From Collinsella sp. (lineage in GTDB: Bacteria > Actinomycetota > Coriobacteriia > Coriobacteriales > Coriobacteriaceae): a DNA stretch of 52,901 nt. Both the position numbers and the translations under genes were made by a program. The first letter of the stretch is position 1; each line of letters begins with the position of its first letter. The notes under the pieces are model-generated. The model was not told where the DNA came from, ran no database searches, and saw only the letters and a list, made by a program, of their open reading frames with translations. Below are positions 47,169-52,901 of the stretch, in pieces. The stretch is from the NCBI GenBank assembly GCA_022713905.1, contig JAIHTM010000001.1:1-52901 (forward strand), written 5' to 3'.

Positions 47169-47495
47169 TCATTCCCATGGCAGCATCGGCGCCCCCGCCG
47201 CCACGGCCTGCATCTGCGTGACGACCGTCTCGATGGGCGTGTGGCGCGCGGCGAGCGTCCACATGAGCGTGAGCGCGCCTGCGGCCAGTATCGCGTCGAG
47301 GCATATGAGCGCGATCCGGCGCGCGAGGCCGGCCCGCCCGGCGAGGGCTCGCGATGTGGCTCCGGCGAGCAGCGCTATGATGAGGATGCCCGTCACGAGC
47401 GCCGTGTCCGTCCAGTCCTGGCACCATGCGCTCATGCGGGCGAGCCAGGCGCATATGATTCGTACGGCCGCGACGGCCCGGGGTCCTGTCGCCAT
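47169..47495 (-). CDS. Small two-TM hypothetical protein
   Basis: GGAGGAG RBS before MATGPR; hydrophobic helices; overlaps the relaxase 3' end. Confidence 0.55.
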   Translation of the reverse strand: MATGPRAVAAVRIICAWLARMSAWCQDWTDTALVTGILIIALLAGATSRALAGRAGLARRIALICLDAILAAGALTLMWTLAARHTPIETVVTQMQAVAAGAPMLPWE

Positions 47496-50400
47496 GTCTC
47501 CTCCATCCCCCGCATCGTGTGCGGTATCTTCGGCGTGATGTCCCGTCTTTCCACCGGCGCGCCCCCAAGCGGCGGCCGATGCCCTTCCATGGGGTTTGCC
47601 CGGGCGTTGAGCCGGGCGTCGAGGTTGGCCCAGTGCTGGGCGCGCCGTCCCGGGGCGGCTGGCTGTTGGCCGAGGGGCGTCTCGGGGTCGTCGACCGACC
47701 ACATCGCCCGGTAGGCCGCAACGTCGCGCAGCAGGTCGGGGTCGTCGGCTTCCCGGTTCGTGACCTGGCCGAGCCATGCGGGTCCGGCCTGACGGGTCTG
47801 CCGTTCGAGTTCGCGTGTGCGCAGTTCGATGAGGCGTTCGTTCTGTCTGGCCAGGTCAAGGGCCGCGGTATGCGCGTCTGAGCGTATGGGCGGGACCATG
47901 CCGCCGGCCCAATCGGCGTGGACGACGCCGTTGACCCGGTCGAGCAGTCCCGTGTTGAGCCTGGCGGCGAGCAGGGCCGCCAGGTCGGGTTCCCGCCCCT
48001 CGCGCCCCGTTCCGGCTTCTCCCGTCTTGCCGGCTCGTTCGGGGCGGATCGGGCGTCCGATGATGGCGAGGGCCCGCTTGGGGTCGGTCATCCATGCGCG
48101 TGACCAGGTGCCGCGCAGCCATTCGAAGCTTGGGCTGTCGGCGATGGCCCGCACGGATCCGGGGTCGTGCCGTTCGGCGAGTTTGGCCTTGAGGTGGGGG
48201 CCTGCGATCAGTCCCGCGGCGTGGTCGTGCTCGCGTATGAGGCGGTTGAGGTCCATGCGCTCCCGTGTCTCGCGTTCGCGGGTCTCGGTGGCGGTGAGCG
48301 TGTCCGAGTGGGAGAGCATTGCTGCGAGCATGCGGGCTTCGGCGATGCGCTCGGGGTCGGTCTGCGCCCCGGTGAGCCGGTGGTCGAGTTCGCGGCTGTC
48401 CTTGTCCGGGCACGCGTACAGGAGGTGGTTCTCCTCCCGTCCGCGGGTCGCGGCCACGTACTGCAGGTTGCATGGCACGTCGCTTCCGGAGGGGAACAGG
48501 GCGGCGCACCGGTCGACGGTCATGCCCTGGGAGCGGTGGACGGTGGCGGCGTAGCCGGCCTGGCAGTGGCCGGCCGCGAACGAGAGGGGGATGTCCCACC
48601 GGTCGCCGTCGGACAGTGCCTCGCATACGGCCTTGCCGTCGCGCACGGCGAGCACGCGGAAGAGCATGCCGTTCTCGATGCGCCGGCCGCCTGGCCCGGT
48701 GACCGACCGGTCGTTGCGCCGGCACAGGATCTGGTCGCCGGGCGTGGCCTGCAGGCCGTCCGACAGGGGGATCGTGTTGGGGCCCGTGGGATGCTCGTCG
48801 AGTCCCCGGGCGCGGCGTTCGAGGATGAACCGGCGGTTCATGTCCTTGACCTGATCGTTGGTGCCGGCTATCAGGAGGGTGGTCTTGCCCATGGACTGCC
48901 AGTCGAGGCACATGCGGTACGCGAGCTCCTCCATGTCGGGGTCCTCGCCCCAGTGAAGTCGGCCGTGCGCCTTGTATTCGCGGATGGTCTCCTCGCATTC
49001 GCGCACGCTCTCGTCCCGCGCGCGGTCCCCTCCTCGGCGCAGGCGCAGCGTGGCCCCGCCCTCCTGTTCCCAGCGTGTGCGCGACGCGGGCCCGTCGGGG
49101 TCCCTCGCCCACCGTCCGGCCTCCGAGGTGAACCGCCACAGCGTCGTGAGCCGGGACCCGCGCCCGGTCCTCTGCGCCCAGCCGAGCAGCCCACCGGCGC
49201 CGGAGACGCTGTCGAGCTGGTCGGGGTCCCCGGTCAGCAGGAGCCTTGCGCCGGCCTCGCGGGCCATGCGGGCGAGCCATGCGATGTCGCGGGTGTCGAC
49301 CATGCCGGCCTCGTCGACGACGACGAGTTGTCCGGCGCGCATGGAGTACTGGGCGTCGAGCGCGTCCATGTGGGCAAGCCTCTGGCGGATCAGGAGCCGT
49401 TGGCCGGCCGCGGGCGCGTCCGCGAGCCCGGCGCGCAGCATGTCCCGTTCCCGCCCACGCTCCCGCGCCGCCTCCGGGCTGTGCCATGTGCGCAGCATGG
49501 CGATGGTGGTGCATCCCCCTCCGATGCTGTCGGCGAGTTCGGCGACGGCCCTACGGCTGGTGGCCAGGCCCATGACCGAGTCAGGCCCGTTGGCCCGACG
49601 CCACAGGTCCGCCGTGGCCCGCATGGTGGTGGTCTTGCCGGTGCCGGCGGCGCCGATGAGCGCGTCGGCGAGCGTGGTGCCGGACAGCGTGGCTGCGGCC
49701 GCGCCCATCTGGTCGTCCGAGAGACGTCCGTCGTGGGCGGACTTCCACCCGTCTAGGGCGCGGGCCGCGTCCTCGTGCGTGTAGGGGGCCGCGGCGGTCT
49801 CGTCGAACGCGCCCATGGCCTCGCGTTCGGCGTCGAGCACGTCCTGCGTGGTGTACAGGTCCAGCGCGGGCGGGTCGAACACGGTGCGTCCGCCGCCGGC
49901 GTCGATTGCCGGGTCGCCGGCCGCGCCCTCGGGCAGGGAGTACCGGGTCGGGGTGAGCCTGATGCACCGGGCGGCGGCCTGTCCGGCGATCTCGTTGGCG
50001 GCTCGGATCCTGTCGCGTGGGTCCATGCGCACTCCCGCGGTGACGCGCTGCGCCTCGGCCCGTATGTTGGTCGTCCTCCACGTGGTGCGTTTCGACGTGA
50101 CGCGGTCCAGGGTCTCCTCGATGGCCCGGCCGTCCCCGGTGCCGTGTTCGGCCATGCGGCCGAGGACGAGTCCGGCGATGGACTCCCCCGCGTCCTCCGT
50201 GACGCGGACGGCCTCGCCGTGGTAGGAGTTGACGTCGCGGATCATGTCGGGGATGCTGATGTCGGGCGCGTCCCGGTCCTTCTTGTCGGCCCACATGCGT
50301 CGCTTGTCCGCCAGGGATGGCTGCCGCGCGGGTTTGGCGCGCCTGGTCTCCAGCCATACGTCGCGGTGGATCTCGTCGCGGCGCCTGTCGGTGACGGGTC

Positions 50401-51244
50401 GTCCGGCCCGTGCCTCTTCAAGGGCGATGCGGCGCTCGACTTCGCCACTGATCTCGGCGTCGCGGCTGGAGAACACGTCGATGAGTCGTCGCGGCACGCC
50501 CTGGATCTCCCATATGGGGTTTCCCCCGTCCTGCCGGGCCTCCCACGACCAGCCGAGTTCGCGGGTAATGAGGTCGCGCACGAGGTTGGCGTGGTATTCG
50601 CTGACCTCCAGGGTGGATTGGTAGACGAGCCGGCCGTCGAGCGCGGTCCACTGGCCGTCCGTGCCGCGGCGGACGCGGTTGCTGATGACGATGTGCTTGT
50701 GGGGGTGGGGGTCGCCGTCGCGGCTGTCCCAATGGTCGAACTGGAAGCCGGCGAGCCCGTCGCATGCGACGGATGCCACGCCCCCGCGCCCGGCGCGGGT
50801 CCGCGCGTATTCGTCCTCCAGGTAGGCGATGGTCATGCGGGCGGCCTGGTCGAGGCACCGATCGATGGCCTGGCGGGTGTCCGGGTCCGCGAACGCCCAC
50901 ATGATGCTCACGCTTTTGGGTACGGTGGCGGTCAGGTCCCATCCGGCGACCGGCGCGTTCCCTTGGTCCCCGGCCTCCATCCTCGGGTCGCCGAGCAGTC
51001 GCCCGCTTGCGGGGTCGCGGCGCTCGTTGATGAGGCCGCGCACCTGAGCGCTGGTCGCCTCCCCGCCCTCGCGTCCGCCCACGAGGCGGCATGCGGATCC
51101 GATCCAACGCCCGGGCGGGTTGCCGGGCGCGGTGTAGTAGCCGGCAGGGCTGGCGCCCTTGAGCGTGCCGTCGCCCATGGTGGCCTCGCGTATGTCGCGC
51201 AGCGCGTATTCGGCGTTGGAGAGCTTGGTGAGTCTGATCGTCAC
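47432..51244 (-). CDS. MobF (TrwC/TraA-type) relaxase-helicase
   Basis: N-terminal Tyr (EY, GYY), GWDLT..PKSVS, HWDSRDGDPHPHKH (HUH), helicase GAAGTGKT, VVDEAGM, GDPDQL, YAATVHRSQG. Confidence 0.95.
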   Translation of the reverse strand: MTIRLTKLSNAEYALRDIREATMGDGTLKGASPAGYYTAPGNPPGRWIGSACRLVGGREGGEATSAQVRGLINERRDPASGRLLGDPRMEAGDQGNAPVAGWDLTATVPKSVSIMWAFADPDTRQAIDRCLDQAARMTIAYLEDEYARTRAGRGGVASVACDGLAGFQFDHWDSRDGDPHPHKHIVISNRVRRGTDGQWTALDGRLVYQSTLEVSEYHANLVRDLITRELGWSWEARQDGGNPIWEIQGVPRRLIDVFSSRDAEISGEVERRIALEEARAGRPVTDRRRDEIHRDVWLETRRAKPARQPSLADKRRMWADKKDRDAPDISIPDMIRDVNSYHGEAVRVTEDAGESIAGLVLGRMAEHGTGDGRAIEETLDRVTSKRTTWRTTNIRAEAQRVTAGVRMDPRDRIRAANEIAGQAAARCIRLTPTRYSLPEGAAGDPAIDAGGGRTVFDPPALDLYTTQDVLDAEREAMGAFDETAAAPYTHEDAARALDGWKSAHDGRLSDDQMGAAAATLSGTTLADALIGAAGTGKTTTMRATADLWRRANGPDSVMGLATSRRAVAELADSIGGGCTTIAMLRTWHSPEAARERGRERDMLRAGLADAPAAGQRLLIRQRLAHMDALDAQYSMRAGQLVVVDEAGMVDTRDIAWLARMAREAGARLLLTGDPDQLDSVSGAGGLLGWAQRTGRGSRLTTLWRFTSEAGRWARDPDGPASRTRWEQEGGATLRLRRGGDRARDESVRECEETIREYKAHGRLHWGEDPDMEELAYRMCLDWQSMGKTTLLIAGTNDQVKDMNRRFILERRARGLDEHPTGPNTIPLSDGLQATPGDQILCRRNDRSVTGPGGRRIENGMLFRVLAVRDGKAVCEALSDGDRWDIPLSFAAGHCQAGYAATVHRSQGMTVDRCAALFPSGSDVPCNLQYVAATRGREENHLLYACPDKDSRELDHRLTGAQTDPERIAEARMLAAMLSHSDTLTATETRERETRERMDLNRLIREHDHAAGLIAGPHLKAKLAERHDPGSVRAIADSPSFEWLRGTWSRAWMTDPKRALAIIGRPIRPERAGKTGEAGTGREGREPDLAALLAARLNTGLLDRVNGVVHADWAGGMVPPIRSDAHTAALDLARQNERLIELRTRELERQTRQAGPAWLGQVTNREADDPDLLRDVAAYRAMWSVDDPETPLGQQPAAPGRRAQHWANLDARLNARANPMEGHRPPLGGAPVERRDITPKIPHTMRGMEETWRQDPGPSRPYESYAPGSPA

Positions 51245-51804
51245 CTTCCGTTCCTCCCCTCGCGGTTGTGGGCAATGGTCCTTGCGGAAAGCCCCGGTTC
51301 GAGGCCGTCGAGCGCGTCGCACAGCCGGCCTACGAACCCTTCCGGCGTCGGACTGGTCGTCAGGTCGGGCCGGTGCCGTGCGATCATCGCGAGGCTCTGG
51401 CACATGAGCAGCCGCGCCTGTTCCCTGTCCCGGCGTCCGGACTCGCGGATGGCGCGGCTCATGGCCGCGACCATGGCGCCGCGGCTTTCGAGGTCCGCCG
51501 CCATCGCGTTAAGGCCCGCGGCCGCGGCGGCGAGGCTTGTACCGGCCAACTCCCGTCCCCTGCGCGCCTTTTCGCGCTCCCACGCCCATTTGCATCGGGG
51601 ACCGCAGTATTCCGGCGGCCTGCCTCTGCCCGCATAACGCAGTGGCCGCCCGCACCACTTGCATCGGGCACGGCCGGGGCCCCCGGCCGTCCTGTCCGCG
51701 CGCCGCCGGCATTCGGCGCAGCATCCGTCCGCGTGTATGTCAGCCGCGCGCCCGCACCATGCGCAGATGCCGGGCACCGGCTCGTCCGCCCGTGCCGTCA
51801 TCAT
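51241..51804 (-). CDS. Double zinc-finger protein upstream of the relaxase
   Basis: CAWC...CCAEC and CKWC...YCGPRC; GGAGG RBS; stop overlaps the relaxase GTG. Confidence 0.7.
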   Translation of the reverse strand: MMTARADEPVPGICAWCGRAADIHADGCCAECRRRADRTAGGPGRARCKWCGRPLRYAGRGRPPEYCGPRCKWAWEREKARRGRELAGTSLAAAAAGLNAMAADLESRGAMVAAMSRAIRESGRRDREQARLLMCQSLAMIARHRPDLTTSPTPEGFVGRLCDALDGLEPGLSARTIAHNREGRNGR

Positions 51805-52490
51805 GCCTCCCCTCCTGCGCCGAGGGTCCATGGCCCGGACCGTTCCGGATCCCGGTGGTCCTCTCGCCAGATCGTGTCGATGATCCGTTCCCAGCCGATG
51901 GTGCGGGCCCCCGCCGTGTCCGCGTGGTCGAGATCGGCCCGGTACCCCGTCTCTCCTCCCTCGACGGGTTCGGGCCACGCGCCTTCGAGGGTCCGGTCCA
52001 GGGTTCCCTCGTCGCCGGTTCCGGGGTCGTTCCTCCATGGCCGTGGCCATTTCCAGCGGATGATGTCGGCGATGCGGTCCATGGTCCGGCGTCCCGCCTG
52101 CCGGGTCAGTTCCACGGTCCTCGGGTCCGCGCCGGAGGCGACCGTACGCGGTTCGAGACGCATGACCAGGACGAGCGTGCGCACGAGCCAGTACGCCCGT
52201 ATCGACCTGTACCGGTCGGCGTCCGCGACGAGCTCGTTTCGGTTGGCGATGTCGTCCCTCCAGGAGGCGGCCGCCTGTCGTGCCGACCATCTGGCCCTGA
52301 GCATCGACTCGTCGAGTTCGGCCGAACGCTCACGCTCGCGTTCCAGACGTCGCCGGTGTTCCCACGACCCGCGGCATGCACGGTGGCATGGCGGCGCCGA
52401 TCCCGTTCGGGGGTCGCGTTCGCGCACTGGCCGGCCGCACGCCTGGCATGCCGGGGAGGAGCCGCCCCTGTTTCCGTCGTCGTTTCCCAT
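51801..52490 (-). CDS. Zinc-finger/coiled-coil hypothetical protein
   Basis: CQAC...CHRAC then a charged coiled coil; stop overlaps the next ATG; start uncertain. Confidence 0.6.
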   Translation of the reverse strand: MGNDDGNRGGSSPACQACGRPVRERDPRTGSAPPCHRACRGSWEHRRRLERERERSAELDESMLRARWSARQAAASWRDDIANRNELVADADRYRSIRAYWLVRTLVLVMRLEPRTVASGADPRTVELTRQAGRRTMDRIADIIRWKWPRPWRNDPGTGDEGTLDRTLEGAWPEPVEGGETGYRADLDHADTAGARTIGWERIIDTIWREDHRDPERSGPWTLGAGGEA

Positions 52491-52802
52491 GACTGGCCAC
52501 GGAGCATACGCCCTCACCCGCGCCGATATCGGCGCGAATTTCGCAGTCACCGGCGCAAAACGTTGCGGTTCCGCCATTCAGGCGGCCCCCGAAGGGGGTG
52601 GGTGCAAGTAGTCCATGAGATTGATTTGGGACTGCGTAACTCTGGGGCCTTTCTTTTCTGCGTCCTCTGGATATTTCGTCATGGATCCTGGGGAGAGGTT
52701 CGTCCTCGCTGTCGTTCTTTCTGCATTCGTGCGTCCTTCTCTTGCTGAACTTCATCGTCCATTGGGTTCTGAGCAGTGTCGTCGATGCTGCTACACGATC
52801 TT

Positions 52803-52901
52803 CGCGTGAGCCGCGTGAGCCGCGTGAGCCGCGTGAGCCGCGTGAGCCGCGTGAGCCGCGTGAGCCGCGTGAGCCGCGTGAGCCGCGTGAGCCGCGTGAG
52901 C
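52803..52901. repeat. Perfect 9-bp tandem repeat (CGCGTGAGC) x11, truncated by the window end
   Basis: Read directly from the sequence. Confidence 0.97.

Larger units (their letters stand above)
21954..52901. mobile_element. Integrative conjugative element (T4SS + MobF type), right end outside the window
   Basis: att, tyrosine integrase, VirB4/VirD4/VirB6-like genes, wall hydrolase, adhesin, MobF relaxase; visibly higher GC than the host flank. Confidence 0.92.

Noticed and set aside
52330..52755. 141-aa minus-strand ORF downstream of the tandem repeat
   Set aside because: No recognisable motif and it overlaps the oriT candidate and the zinc-finger gene; it cannot be judged without sequence beyond the window
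52803..52901. Possible CRISPR array
   Set aside because: Contiguous 9-bp units with no spacers and no cas genes

Overview
High-GC actinobacterial DNA whose gene order and proteins look like Bifidobacterium. Bases 1-21,950 are host chromosome: pta-ackA, aroA, then a variable and partly decayed accessory stretch ending at tRNA-Pro(TGG), then a membrane protein, glgX, a Nudix hydrolase, Nif3, polA and an ANTAR response regulator. The accessory stretch holds peptidase E, PfpI, an aldo/keto reductase with a MerR regulator, MarR, three pseudogenes, an IS256 remnant and a holin-like phage scar. From 21,954 to the end is an integrative conjugative element (ICE). It is bounded on the left by a 22-bp copy of a tRNA(Leu)-type 3' end; its other boundary is outside the window. 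It carries a tyrosine integrase with atypical catalytic residues and a ~21-kb co-directional transfer/replication block: a three-domain wall hydrolase, VirB2/B6/B4/D4-like genes, an antigen I/II-like adhesin, an SSB-like gene and a primase-polymerase-like gene. Next come a two-gene lower-GC cargo, a convergent MobF relaxase preceded by two zinc-finger genes, a candidate oriT and a 9-bp tandem repeat. The most notable unexplained signal is a 10-bp pseudo-palindrome, CCGGTATCGG, recurring in sense orientation upstream of most transfer genes, which suggests an undescribed ICE regulon. All product calls come from motif recognition by eye, not from database searches.
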